From Polyangiales bacterium (GTDB taxonomy: Bacteria; Myxococcota_A; Polyangia; Polyangiales; Ga0077539), in assembly GCA_044229975.1 (NCBI GenBank), contig JBGARZ010000005.1, positions 288,001 to 352,000 of the forward strand: a DNA stretch of 64,000 nucleotides. The letters are read 5' to 3'. The position numbers and the translations under genes were made by a program. Positions 40,196 through 49,843 of this stretch are shown here, in pieces. Each line of letters starts with the position of its first letter. Position 1 is the first letter of the stretch. Below the pieces are notes generated by a model. That model had not been told where the DNA came from, did not search any database, and saw only the letters and a program-made list of their open reading frames with translations.

Positions 40196-41254
40196 TCACT
40201 CATCAACCTGCTGCGACGCCGCGGCGACCGACTCCTCCTCGTACGTCCGCAAGATCGCCACGCAGAGCGTCACGATCACCGGACCCACCACGAGGCCGAT
40301 CACCCCGAACACTTCTACCCCGCCGAAGAGCGACACGAAGGTCAGCACCGCGGGCACGCCCGAGTCGCGTCCCACCAGCTTCGGGCGGATCACGTAGTCG
40401 GTGACGATGCCGACGATGAGCGCGCCGTACACCAGCTCGATGACGCCGCGCGCGAGGTGGCCCGACGCGATGAGGTAGATGCCCGCGGGGATCCAGACCA
40501 GCAGCGTCCCCACCGCAGGCACCAGCGACGCCACGGCCGTCAGCGCGCCGAAAAACGCCGGGTCGGGCACGCCCGTCACCCAGTAGCCGAGGCCCGCGAG
40601 GATGCCCTGAAGAACGCCCGTCACGACGGTGCCGCGCAGCACCTCGCTCCCCACCTTGCGAAACTGATTGAACAACGACCGCGTGTGGCGCGGCGCGAAG
40701 GGGAAGGCGACCTCGGCGCGGCGGACGATCGCGTTCCAGTGGCGGAGCACGTAGTAGGTGGCCAGGCCCATGAAGAAGAGCGTGAGCAGCCCCGCGAAGG
40801 TGGCGCCCGCGACGCCCGCCGCGACCTCCGCCGCGCGCGTCCCGGCCGACATGGCCTCGTCCTGAAGGTGCGCGAAGGCCGCGTCGGGGTTGGCGTGCAC
40901 CGCGCGGAGCCCACGCTCGACGAGCCGCCGCAGCACGCCACCCGACGCGAGCATCGTGGGCAGCGCCTGCACCAGCACGACGCCGCGCGTGATGAAGAGC
41001 ACCGCGAAGCCCGCGCAGGCCGCCGTCACCAGGGTCATCGCGCCGAGCACGCACACGAGGTCCGCGCTCGTGGCGCTCCACCCGCGACCCCGCAGGCGTC
41101 CGTAGAAGGGCTGGAGCGTGAAGGCCAGGAGAGCGCCCAGGAAGAGACCGACCCCGACGGGAGACGCGATCCACAAGAGCGCCGCCAGGGCCGCGAGCGC
41201 AAGGTACTTGAGCGCGCGAGCCTGGGACGCCTTCGTGGAGTGGTCGGCGCTCAC
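40196..41254 (-). CDS. AI-2E family transporter
   Basis: Multi-TM protein; QG.L.GLG, SLVPAVGT.LVWIP, DYVIRPKLVG, GG...FGVIGLVVGP. Confidence 0.92.
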   Translation of the reverse strand: MSADHSTKASQARALKYLALAALAALLWIASPVGVGLFLGALLAFTLQPFYGRLRGRGWSATSADLVCVLGAMTLVTAACAGFAVLFITRGVVLVQALPTMLASGGVLRRLVERGLRAVHANPDAAFAHLQDEAMSAGTRAAEVAAGVAGATFAGLLTLFFMGLATYYVLRHWNAIVRRAEVAFPFAPRHTRSLFNQFRKVGSEVLRGTVVTGVLQGILAGLGYWVTGVPDPAFFGALTAVASLVPAVGTLLVWIPAGIYLIASGHLARGVIELVYGALIVGIVTDYVIRPKLVGRDSGVPAVLTFVSLFGGVEVFGVIGLVVGPVIVTLCVAILRTYEEESVAAASQQVDE

Positions 41255-41264
41255 ACGAGCGTCC

Positions 41265-43094
41265 CTACGGCACCGCGCAGGCGTACTGCGCCACGGTGCT
41301 GAAGGGCACCGGCAGGCAGCGCTCGGCCTGCACGCAGTCGCGGTCGGAGGTGCACCCCTGCCGCTGCACCTGCTCGGCCCACTGCGCGATGTGGTTGCCC
41401 TCGTTGATCGCCTGAAACGGCAGCCAGAACGCCGACGTGCTCGCCTCGATGCCGCCCGCCCGCCCCGGCCTGAATGCCGCCATCCAGAGCTGCGAGGTTC
41501 GCATCGCCGCCTCGCGCGTCTGCTGCCGCAAGCGCAGCCCGTAGTCGCGCCGACTGGAGAACGTGAACCACATCAGCGGCTCTCCGCCGAAGCGCTGCAC
41601 GAAGGGCGCCCACTTCGGCCACGAGTTGCCGACGCCCTCCGCGAGGTCGGCCCGCGCGAGGTGCGTCGGCGCGCCACCGCCCGCCGGGACCACCCAGAGC
41701 TGCGCGTCGATGTTGTGGTTGGAGCTGCCCGTCGCGCGGTTGAAGAGCACCCACCCGTCGTCGGGTGAATACGAGGGATAGTAATTGTTGTCGCGCACGC
41801 CGGAGGCCGTGACCAGGGTCGTGGCGGCGCCGAAGGCCGAGCCGCTCCAGGGCATCACGACGAGGTCGGCCGGGCCGTTGTGGCCAGGCGTTCCGAAGAG
41901 CGGGAAGAAGGTGCGCGGCCGCGAGAACACCGCCGAGCGACCACCGCGCGCCCAGTCGGGGTGCGAGCCCGAAGGGCCACCCGGAAGACCAGGAACCTCG
42001 GCGCCCGTGACCGGGTCGCGGAGCGCCATGCGGTTGCCATCGCTGGTGAGGAGCCACCGGAGGTCGGGGGAGAAGGTTCCGAAGTTGGCGCCGTAGGCGG
42101 GTGAGGTCGTGGCGCGCGTGGTGACGTCGTAGATCTGCGTGGCCGCGGGGCCCGGGATGAAGCGCCCCGCCATGAGACGCGAACCGTCGCGCGACAGCAC
42201 GTGGCAGCCGATGCAGTTGATGGGGTCGCCGCGCAGGAAGGGCTCCGGGCGCGCGCCGGGTCGACCGAACTCGTAGCGGTTGATGCTCCCGCTCGCCGAC
42301 CAGTAGTAGAGCCCGCCGCGGACGTCGAAGTTGGTCACGCCGAGGGCGCGCGTGACCGAGCGACCGACCCCACCACCCGCCGCGGTCGTGCCGCGCACGC
42401 TGAGCGTGACGTTGCCCGAGGGCTGCGCGACGCGGGCGAGCTCGATGTACGCGGCCTCGTTGAGGCTGAACACGCACCCGTCTGCGACCACCGTGCAGCG
42501 GGTGAACACACGCAGCGCGCCGCGGTCACCGCGGAACGCCACCTCGAAGAGGTCGTTGCCCGTGCCGGGACGGAAGTGCACCTCGAAGCCGGTGAGGTTG
42601 GGCGGGAGGAGCGTTCCCTCTTCGGGGTAGACGATGGTCGGGGCGCGACCGGACTCGTCGGCGCCGCCGAAGCGAGCGGCGCTGTCGGTGGGCGCACCCG
42701 TTGCGATCACGTCGATGTCGCGCGGGGTCGGATCGCCCGCGTCGCGCTCGGCCGACCACGCATCGCCAAGCACCACGCCGAAGCCCGCGTCGCGGCCGAC
42801 GTCGACGGGCGCGGGGCGATCGACGGGCACCGCGGGCACGTCCATGGGTGAGACGGTGGGGATGTCCTCGGGCTCGGCCGGAACGTCGTCGGGCTCGGTC
42901 GGGACATCGACCTCCGCGACGGGGCGATCGACGCTCGTGGTGGGCACGTCACGGCGCACGCCGGTATCGCGCACGCCGGTATCGCGTACGGTCGTGCCCG
43001 CGTCGCGGCGGACGACGAGGGGCGCTTCGTCCTGCGCGGCGCACGCGGTGAGGGTGAGGGCGAGCGCGGCGATCACGGCGAGCGGTCGGGCCAT
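41265..43094 (-). CDS. Lipoprotein with TolB/PD40-like beta-propeller repeats
   Basis: Lipobox LTAC, DVP-rich linker, IVYP..GTLLPPN, CIGCH, FSPD, HPDW, NYYPSYSPDD, NSWPKWAP, FSSRR.YG, FWLPFQ. Confidence 0.8.
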   Translation of the reverse strand: MARPLAVIAALALTLTACAAQDEAPLVVRRDAGTTVRDTGVRDTGVRRDVPTTSVDRPVAEVDVPTEPDDVPAEPEDIPTVSPMDVPAVPVDRPAPVDVGRDAGFGVVLGDAWSAERDAGDPTPRDIDVIATGAPTDSAARFGGADESGRAPTIVYPEEGTLLPPNLTGFEVHFRPGTGNDLFEVAFRGDRGALRVFTRCTVVADGCVFSLNEAAYIELARVAQPSGNVTLSVRGTTAAGGGVGRSVTRALGVTNFDVRGGLYYWSASGSINRYEFGRPGARPEPFLRGDPINCIGCHVLSRDGSRLMAGRFIPGPAATQIYDVTTRATTSPAYGANFGTFSPDLRWLLTSDGNRMALRDPVTGAEVPGLPGGPSGSHPDWARGGRSAVFSRPRTFFPLFGTPGHNGPADLVVMPWSGSAFGAATTLVTASGVRDNNYYPSYSPDDGWVLFNRATGSSNHNIDAQLWVVPAGGGAPTHLARADLAEGVGNSWPKWAPFVQRFGGEPLMWFTFSSRRDYGLRLRQQTREAAMRTSQLWMAAFRPGRAGGIEASTSAFWLPFQAINEGNHIAQWAEQVQRQGCTSDRDCVQAERCLPVPFSTVAQYACAVP

Positions 43095-43141
43095 GGCCGC
43101 GAATCTAACCCGCATCGGCCCGCGTGATACTCGTACCGCCG

Positions 43142-45712
43142 ATGAAACTCCGTCGCGCCCGTCCCCTCGCCGCGTCACTCGTCCTCCTCGCGTGCTCGTC
43201 CGACCCGACGCCGACGAACACCCCCGACGCGTCGACCGACGCCGCCACCGACCGGCCGCGCGCCGACGTCCCCGTGGTGACGCAGTGCACCCGCACCGCG
43301 CCACTGGAGCCCGATGCGACGTCGCCGACCGTGCGGCTCGGCGCGCCGGTGACCATCACCCGCGACGCGCTGGGCATCCCCCACATCGAGGGGCAGACCG
43401 ACGACGACGTGATGTACGCCGCGGGGTACGCGCAGGCCGTCGACCGGATGTTCCAGATGGAGCTGGTGCGGCGCACGGCGCGAGGCCGGGCCGCCGAGGT
43501 GTTGGGGCGGGACAAGCTCTCGCAGGACCAGCTCGTGCGGATGGTGGGCATCCCCCACTGGGGCCACCAGAGCGCGCTGCGCGTGGCGCAGGAGCACCCC
43601 GAGACGCACCGGCTCATCGCGGCCTGGGTGGCGGGCGTCAACCGCCGCGTCGACGAGATCAACGCCGGCACCGTGCCGAAGCCGCCCGGGTTTCGCGCGA
43701 CGGAGTTCGACTTCGCGCCCGCCCGCTGGACCACCGACGACCCCTACCTCATCGGCCGCCTCCAGCTCTTCCGCAACGCGAGCCAGATCGACTACGACGT
43801 GCTCTCCACCGTCGCCCGCCGGTACGTCCCGCGCGCCGCGGCGCTGCCGCTCATCAACTCGCTCGGGAGCGCGTTCATCGTCCCGCCCGAGGAGCGCCCC
43901 GCCCCCGCGGTGCGAGCCCAGCAGGCGCCCCGCGACACGGGCACCCGACTCGCCAACTTCCTCCAGCGCATGTCTCCGCTCTCGGGCGGAGCGAGCAACA
44001 ACTGGGCAATCGCGGGGCGTCACAGCGCCAATGGTCGGCCGTTGCTGGCGGGCGATCCGCACCAGCCGTTGCAGAGCCCGACGGTGTTCTGGGCGCACCA
44101 CATGCGCAGCGCCGCGAGCGGTGGGCTCGACGTGGTGGGCTTCGCCTTCGCGGGCGCGCCCTTCGTCAACCTCGGGCACAACCGCCACGTCGCGTGGACG
44201 GCCACCACCGCGTACCCCGACACCATGGACCTCTTCGAGGTCATCGCCGGGAGCAACACCATCACCCTCGGCGGCGACTCGTACTCCGTGGTGCCGTGCC
44301 GCGAGCGCATCGCCGTCCGCGGCGGTGAGATGGTCGACCAGGTGGTCGAGGAGGTTCCGGGCCTCGGGGTGCTGCTGCCCGACGACCTCGCCCCGCTGCC
44401 CATCACCGAGAAGAACAACCGGGTGCTCTTCCGCTGGGCCGGCGAGCGCGCGACCGAGGAGGCCGACGTCTTCCTCGCCTTCAACCGCGCGACCGACGTG
44501 GCGGCCTTCGACGCGGCGGTGCGGCGCATGGAGATCGGCGCCTTCAACTTCATCTCGGCCGACGCACGGGACATCAGCTACCGCTCGCGGGTGCTCATCC
44601 CCGACCGCGGCGACACCCGCACCTTGGGCGCGCCGTACTCGGTGCTCGACGGCGCCAACCTCCGCAACCTGTGGACGGGCGACTTCCTGAGCGACGACCA
44701 GCAGCCGCACTCGCGCGGCGGAACGCGCGGCTTCCTCTGCTCGGCCAACAACGACCCCTTCGGGTTTACGAGCAACGGGCGCCTCGACGACGACCCCTGG
44801 TACTACGGCGTGTGGTTCGACCCGGGGCCCCGCGCGGCGCGCATCGAGTCCGAGCTCACGCGGCTCACGGCGGCGGGCAACGTCACCCGCGTCGACATGC
44901 AGCGGCTCCAGCTCGACACGTACAACCGCCTCGCCGACGACATGCTCCCGTCGCTCGCCGAGGCCGTCGCGCACATCCCCACCGACCCGGCACTCGCGAT
45001 GTACGTCGGTGACGCGCGCCTCGCCTCCCTCGCCGCGCAGCTCGCCGCGTGGGACCACCGCATGGACCGCGCGGCCTCGGCCCCGGTGGTGTTCGAGGCC
45101 TTCGAACATTTCTATGCGCGGCAGGTGCTGGCCGACGACCTCGACGTGATGTTCGACCCGCTCATCGCCAACGCGCCGGTGTACGTGATGAAGCTGCTCG
45201 CGCTGGTCATCAACGGCCGCTCGCCGATGGCCGCCCAGTACCTCCAGGGGGGACGCGACGTGCTGGCGTTGCGGGCGCTGGCGCAGACCCGCGACTGGCT
45301 CACGACGCGCTTCGGCGGGGTCGAGGCGACGCGTTACACCTGGGGGCAGTTCCACACGTCGCGGCCGACGACGCTGTTCACGCCGGAGGGACCGTTTGCG
45401 GTGGCGGCGGCGCCGGTCGACGGGTCGTTTGCGACGGTCAACGTCTCCGAAGGGGAGTTCTTCAACGGGACGACGGTGCGCGAGACGATGGAGTCGCACC
45501 ACGCGCCGGGCTACCGGATGGTCATCGGCTTCAACGACGACGGGACACCCGCGGCGACGGTGAACTTCCCGCGCGGCAACTCCGGCGACCCGATGTCCCG
45601 CTTCTACGCCAACACCCAGGCCGACTGGGACAGCGGCACCTACCAGCCGGTGCCCTACGAGCGCGCGTCCATCGACGCCGCCATGCAGGAGCGCACGACG
45701 CTCATGCCGTAG
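43142..45712 (+). CDS. Penicillin acylase family (Ntn hydrolase, S45) lipoprotein
   Basis: Lipobox LLAC, RDALGIPHI, GYAQAVDRMFQM, nucleophile SNNW, GDPH, GHN, SANN, GNSGDP. Confidence 0.93.
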   Translation: MKLRRARPLAASLVLLACSSDPTPTNTPDASTDAATDRPRADVPVVTQCTRTAPLEPDATSPTVRLGAPVTITRDALGIPHIEGQTDDDVMYAAGYAQAVDRMFQMELVRRTARGRAAEVLGRDKLSQDQLVRMVGIPHWGHQSALRVAQEHPETHRLIAAWVAGVNRRVDEINAGTVPKPPGFRATEFDFAPARWTTDDPYLIGRLQLFRNASQIDYDVLSTVARRYVPRAAALPLINSLGSAFIVPPEERPAPAVRAQQAPRDTGTRLANFLQRMSPLSGGASNNWAIAGRHSANGRPLLAGDPHQPLQSPTVFWAHHMRSAASGGLDVVGFAFAGAPFVNLGHNRHVAWTATTAYPDTMDLFEVIAGSNTITLGGDSYSVVPCRERIAVRGGEMVDQVVEEVPGLGVLLPDDLAPLPITEKNNRVLFRWAGERATEEADVFLAFNRATDVAAFDAAVRRMEIGAFNFISADARDISYRSRVLIPDRGDTRTLGAPYSVLDGANLRNLWTGDFLSDDQQPHSRGGTRGFLCSANNDPFGFTSNGRLDDDPWYYGVWFDPGPRAARIESELTRLTAAGNVTRVDMQRLQLDTYNRLADDMLPSLAEAVAHIPTDPALAMYVGDARLASLAAQLAAWDHRMDRAASAPVVFEAFEHFYARQVLADDLDVMFDPLIANAPVYVMKLLALVINGRSPMAAQYLQGGRDVLALRALAQTRDWLTTRFGGVEATRYTWGQFHTSRPTTLFTPEGPFAVAAAPVDGSFATVNVSEGEFFNGTTVRETMESHHAPGYRMVIGFNDDGTPAATVNFPRGNSGDPMSRFYANTQADWDSGTYQPVPYERASIDAAMQERTTLMP

Positions 45713-45801
45713 CGACGCTTCGAACTCTGCGCTTTCCTGCGTCGTCGAGGCCGCATCCGGTGTTAGCGTGCGGCAGCGCGCCGCAGGAGGGTGCAGCACC
45801 G

Positions 45802-48800
45802 ATGGCAGGCTCTGACGCGGCTCTCTATGCGCCCAGGCTCCAGGTCGAACGCATGCTGCGGCGTCACGCTGCGGGCGGTGCGGCGACCGAGCCCGACATC
45901 GTCCACGGTGCCTTCCTCCTCATCGACGTGGTGGGCTTCTCGCGCGTGGCGGCCGAGCTGTCCGCCCGCGGAGCCCTCGGCGCCGAGGAGCTCTCGCGGT
46001 TGGTGATCCCGCTCTTCGCGACGGTGACCGACGCGGCGGTGGGCATGGGCGGCGACATCCTCTACTTCGCGGGCGACGCGGTGGGCGTGGCCTTCCCGCG
46101 CGCCGACGGCGAGGCCGAGCATCAGCCCGTCCTCCGCGCGTGTCAGGCGGCGCTCGACGCGCTGGCCGAGACCAGCGCCCTCGTGGCCGAGCGCGGCGAG
46201 AAGATCCGCGTGCGCGCGGCCATCGGCTGGGGCGAGTGCTCCGTCGTCGAGGCGGGCGGCTACCAGGGCCACTGGCAGACCTTCGTTCATGGCGATGGCA
46301 TCGAAGACCTCGCGCGCGCCGACCGCTCGGCCGCCGAAGGAACACTCACGCTCAGCGCCGACGCCTTCGCGGTGGCGCGCCAGCACCTCGACGCCACGAC
46401 CATCGCCGGTGGAGTCGTCCGCGTGAGCGCGCTTCGTCAGCGGGTCGTGCCGGCCGAGCGACGCGCGCTGGAGTGTCCCCCAGAGGTGCTGGAGACGCTG
46501 GCCGCGGTGATTCCGCCGTCGGTGCAGTACCGCCTCGCGAGCGGCGTGCGCAACCTCATCGCGGAGTTTCGTCCGGTGACGGCGGTGTTTGCGCGGATCC
46601 ACGGGCTCGACCTGCGCGCGGCCGACTCTCCCTTCCAGAACGCCGTCGCCGCCGTGCAGCGCGCCATCTCCGACGCGGGCGGCGTGGTGCACGCCGTCAT
46701 CGGCGACAAGGGGGTCGGGGTGCTGGGTGTCTTCGGCGTTCCGCCCTTGGCCCACGAGGACGACGCCGCGCGGGCGATGGACGCCTCCATCGAGATGCAG
46801 TCCCGGCTGCGCCGCCTCGGCGTCTCGGCCTCGGTCGGCGTCGCGAGCGGAACGGTCTTCTGCACCGAGCACGGCGCGAGCGAGCGCCGGGGCTTCGACG
46901 TCGTGGGCGCGACGCTGGTGCTCGCCGCGCGGCTCATGCAGCTCGCCGACGCGGGCACCACCCTCTGCGACGAGCAGACGCAGCGCCTCGCCGACCGCCA
47001 CGGCCACTCGTTCAACCCGCGCGCCGCGGCCCACCTCAAGGGCTTCGCCCAGCCGGTGCCCAGCTTCGTGGCGCTCGGTCGACAGTCCGAGCGACCGCGT
47101 CGGCAGAGCGCCTTCTTCGGTCGCGCCGACGACCTGCATCGCCTCGATCGGCAGCTCGTGGCGCTCGTCGGCGGCGCCTCGCCGGGCGTCACCTGGATCG
47201 AGGGCGAGGCCGGCATCGGCAAGAGCACGCTGGTGCAGGCGCTGGTGGACCTCGCCGCGACGCGCTCGGTCGCCCTCGTGATGGGCGGCGCCGACGCGGT
47301 CGAAGCGCAGACGCCGTACTACTCGCTGCGCGGCGTGGTGCGCAGCCTCGCGGGCGCCCCCATCGAGCTCGCGCCCGACGCGGCGCGCGAGAAGGTCGTG
47401 CGCTGGGTGCGCGAGACAACGCCCGAGCACGCGTGGCTCACGGGGCTGCTCGAAGGCATCGTCCCGCTCGACCTGCCGGTGAGCGACGAGCTCAAGACCA
47501 TGGACGCCGCGGCCCGCGTCGACCGCCTCGCCGAGCTCATGGCCGCGCTCGTCGCCGGGGAGAGCGAGCGCCGCCCATTGGTGATCGTGCTCGAAGACCT
47601 CCACTGGCTCGGCTCCGAGACCTGGAACGTCCTCCGCGCCATCGCCGAGCGCGCCCCGCGCGTGTGGCTGGTGGGCACCTTCCGCCCGCTCGATCAGGAG
47701 CCCGCCATGGTGACCGCCCACGGCGAGCGCGTGCGCCTCACCGGGCTCCAGCGCGAGGGCACCGCCGCCCTCGTGGCGCGCCGCCTCGGCGTCGGGACGG
47801 CGCCCGACGAGCTCGTCGAGTTCGTGCACGAGCGCTCCGAGGGCAACCCGTTGTTCATCGAGGAGATCGTGAGCTCGCTCGTCGAGGCCGACGCCGTGCA
47901 CGTGCGTGACGGCGCGGTGGTCTCCGACGGCAACGTGAGCGCGGTTCCGCTGCCCACGACCATTACGGGCGTGGTGACCGCGCGCCTCGACCGCCTCGCG
48001 CTCCAGGTGCTCACCATCGCCAAGGTCGCCTCGGTCATCGGGCGCTCGTTTGCGCGCGACCTGCTCGCCGCCATCCTGCCCGACGACGAGCTCGCGCCGC
48101 AGCTCGGCGCCTCGCTCGACACCCTGGTCGCGCAGCGCTTCATCCAGCTCGAACCCGGCCTCGCCGACGTCTGGGTCTTCCGCCACGCGCTCATTCAAGA
48201 AGCCAGCTACGCGCTGCTCCCCTTCGCGCAGCGCCGCCCCCTGCACCGCGCCGCCGCCGCGCACATCGAGCGCGACCACGGGGCCGACCCCGCGTACGCC
48301 GGTCGGCTCGCGCACCACTACACCGAGGCCGACGAGGCCGACGCCGCGAGCCGCTACTGCGCCGTCGCCGGTCGCCTCGCCCTCGACGCGTACGCCCACA
48401 CCGCCACCATCGCCCTGCTCGAACGCGCGATGACCTTCGACATCCGCGTGCGCGGCGAGCTGGCGCTCGACAACCGCCGCGCCGCGTGGTGCCGGCAGAT
48501 CGCCGAGGCCCACCAGTACCAGCTCCACCACCAGGAGGCGCTCGACTGGTACGCCCGCGCCTGGACCCTCGCCGGGTGGAGCGCCCCGCGCGCCGGCCTG
48601 CGCACCCTCGCCGAGCTCTGGACCAACCTCTCGCGCCGCTGGTGGCCACCTAGACCGACCCGCGACCCCGCGCTCCTCGCGCGGTGTGAGCAGGTGCTCG
48701 CGAGCGCCGCGGACATGTGCTCGATCCTCATCTTCGCGGGGCAGACGACCAACTACCTCCACGCGGCCCTCGCGTCGGACAACGTCGGCCGCCTCGTCGA

Positions 48801-49836
48801 GCGCGGGCGCTTCGTGGCCGAGACGCGGGCGTCCATCGGATTCCTGCTCGTGGCGCTGAAGCTGCCGCGCGCGGGCATGGCCGACCTCGACACCGCCTGC
48901 GCCCTCGCCGAGAGCGCGACCGACGGCCACACCGCGGCGCCCTTCACCATCCGCGGTATGGCCCTGGTGGTGCTCGGCCGCGTCGAGGAGTCCCTCCCCT
49001 CGCACCGCCGCGCCATGGAGATCGCCGAGCGCTTCTCGGCGGGCCTCTGGCGCCACCGCACGCTCTTCATGTGCGCCGAGGCGACGCTCATGCTCGGCCG
49101 CTACGAGGAGACCGTCGCGCTCATGTCGCGCTGCGTTCCCATCGCGCGCCTCGCCGAGCCGTCGAGCGCGGGCCACGCCACGGCCATCATCGCCCTCTGC
49201 AAGCTGCGCACAGGAACCGCCGCCGCCGAGGTCATCGCCGACCTCGACGGGCCGCTCGGCGTCGCGATCACCGCGGGCGACAAGGCACTCCACAGATTCT
49301 CGGCGAAGGCCCTGCTCGCCTGGGCGTGCTGGGGCGACGGCAAGACCGACCGGGCCCTCGTCCTCGCGCGCGAGTCCATCGAGCTCGCGGCGGGCGGCGG
49401 CATGGAGTGCTTCTCGTACCTGCGCGCCATCGACGGGCACCTGCACCTCGTGCTGCTCTGCCTCGACGCCGTCGCGCGCGCCTCTGACGCCAACCGCGCC
49501 GAGCGCGAAGCCCTCCTCGGCCGCGCGCTCGGTCACGTCCGCAAGCAGGCCAGGCTGCACCCGGTGCTCGCGGCGCACCGCGACCTCTGCGACGGCCTCG
49601 ACGCCGCGCGGCGCGGCGACACCACGCGCGCCCGCACGAGGTTCGCCCGCTCCATCGAGGCGGCCCGCACGATGTCGTTGCCCTGGGAGGAGGCGCAGGC
49701 CGCCCTCGGGCTCGCCCGACTCTCCACCGGCGCCGAGCGCGACACGCTGCTGCGACGCGCCGAGGCCATCGCCACCGACACCCACGACGCGCTCATCGCG
49801 CGCGACGTCACCCAAGCGACTCCACGCGAGGACTGA
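45802..49836 (+). CDS. Soluble adenylyl cyclase-like protein: two class III cyclase domains, STAND/AAA ATPase and TPR-like helical region
   Basis: C1 IDVVGFS and FAGDA; C2 DKG, FGVPP..HEDD..RA, LAARLM; Walker A GEAGIGKS, Walker B VLEDLHW, GNPLFIEE, FRHALIQE; AGGAGG RBS. Confidence 0.92.
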   Translation: MAGSDAALYAPRLQVERMLRRHAAGGAATEPDIVHGAFLLIDVVGFSRVAAELSARGALGAEELSRLVIPLFATVTDAAVGMGGDILYFAGDAVGVAFPRADGEAEHQPVLRACQAALDALAETSALVAERGEKIRVRAAIGWGECSVVEAGGYQGHWQTFVHGDGIEDLARADRSAAEGTLTLSADAFAVARQHLDATTIAGGVVRVSALRQRVVPAERRALECPPEVLETLAAVIPPSVQYRLASGVRNLIAEFRPVTAVFARIHGLDLRAADSPFQNAVAAVQRAISDAGGVVHAVIGDKGVGVLGVFGVPPLAHEDDAARAMDASIEMQSRLRRLGVSASVGVASGTVFCTEHGASERRGFDVVGATLVLAARLMQLADAGTTLCDEQTQRLADRHGHSFNPRAAAHLKGFAQPVPSFVALGRQSERPRRQSAFFGRADDLHRLDRQLVALVGGASPGVTWIEGEAGIGKSTLVQALVDLAATRSVALVMGGADAVEAQTPYYSLRGVVRSLAGAPIELAPDAAREKVVRWVRETTPEHAWLTGLLEGIVPLDLPVSDELKTMDAAARVDRLAELMAALVAGESERRPLVIVLEDLHWLGSETWNVLRAIAERAPRVWLVGTFRPLDQEPAMVTAHGERVRLTGLQREGTAALVARRLGVGTAPDELVEFVHERSEGNPLFIEEIVSSLVEADAVHVRDGAVVSDGNVSAVPLPTTITGVVTARLDRLALQVLTIAKVASVIGRSFARDLLAAILPDDELAPQLGASLDTLVAQRFIQLEPGLADVWVFRHALIQEASYALLPFAQRRPLHRAAAAHIERDHGADPAYAGRLAHHYTEADEADAASRYCAVAGRLALDAYAHTATIALLERAMTFDIRVRGELALDNRRAAWCRQIAEAHQYQLHHQEALDWYARAWTLAGWSAPRAGLRTLAELWTNLSRRWWPPRPTRDPALLARCEQVLASAADMCSILIFAGQTTNYLHAALASDNVGRLVERGRFVAETRASIGFLLVALKLPRAGMADLDTACALAESATDGHTAAPFTIRGMALVVLGRVEESLPSHRRAMEIAERFSAGLWRHRTLFMCAEATLMLGRYEETVALMSRCVPIARLAEPSSAGHATAIIALCKLRTGTAAAEVIADLDGPLGVAITAGDKALHRFSAKALLAWACWGDGKTDRALVLARESIELAAGGGMECFSYLRAIDGHLHLVLLCLDAVARASDANRAEREALLGRALGHVRKQARLHPVLAAHRDLCDGLDAARRGDTTRARTRFARSIEAARTMSLPWEEAQAALGLARLSTGAERDTLLRRAEAIATDTHDALIARDVTQATPRED

Positions 49837-49843
49837 AGCTCAC

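Noticed and set aside
45763..49815. 1350-aa minus-strand ORF and many other long overlapping ORFs (e.g. 43175-45799, 25114-27012, 51424-54339)
   Set aside because: Antisense or frame-shifted shadows of well-supported genes; expected at this GC content; Arg/Gly/His-rich with no motifs
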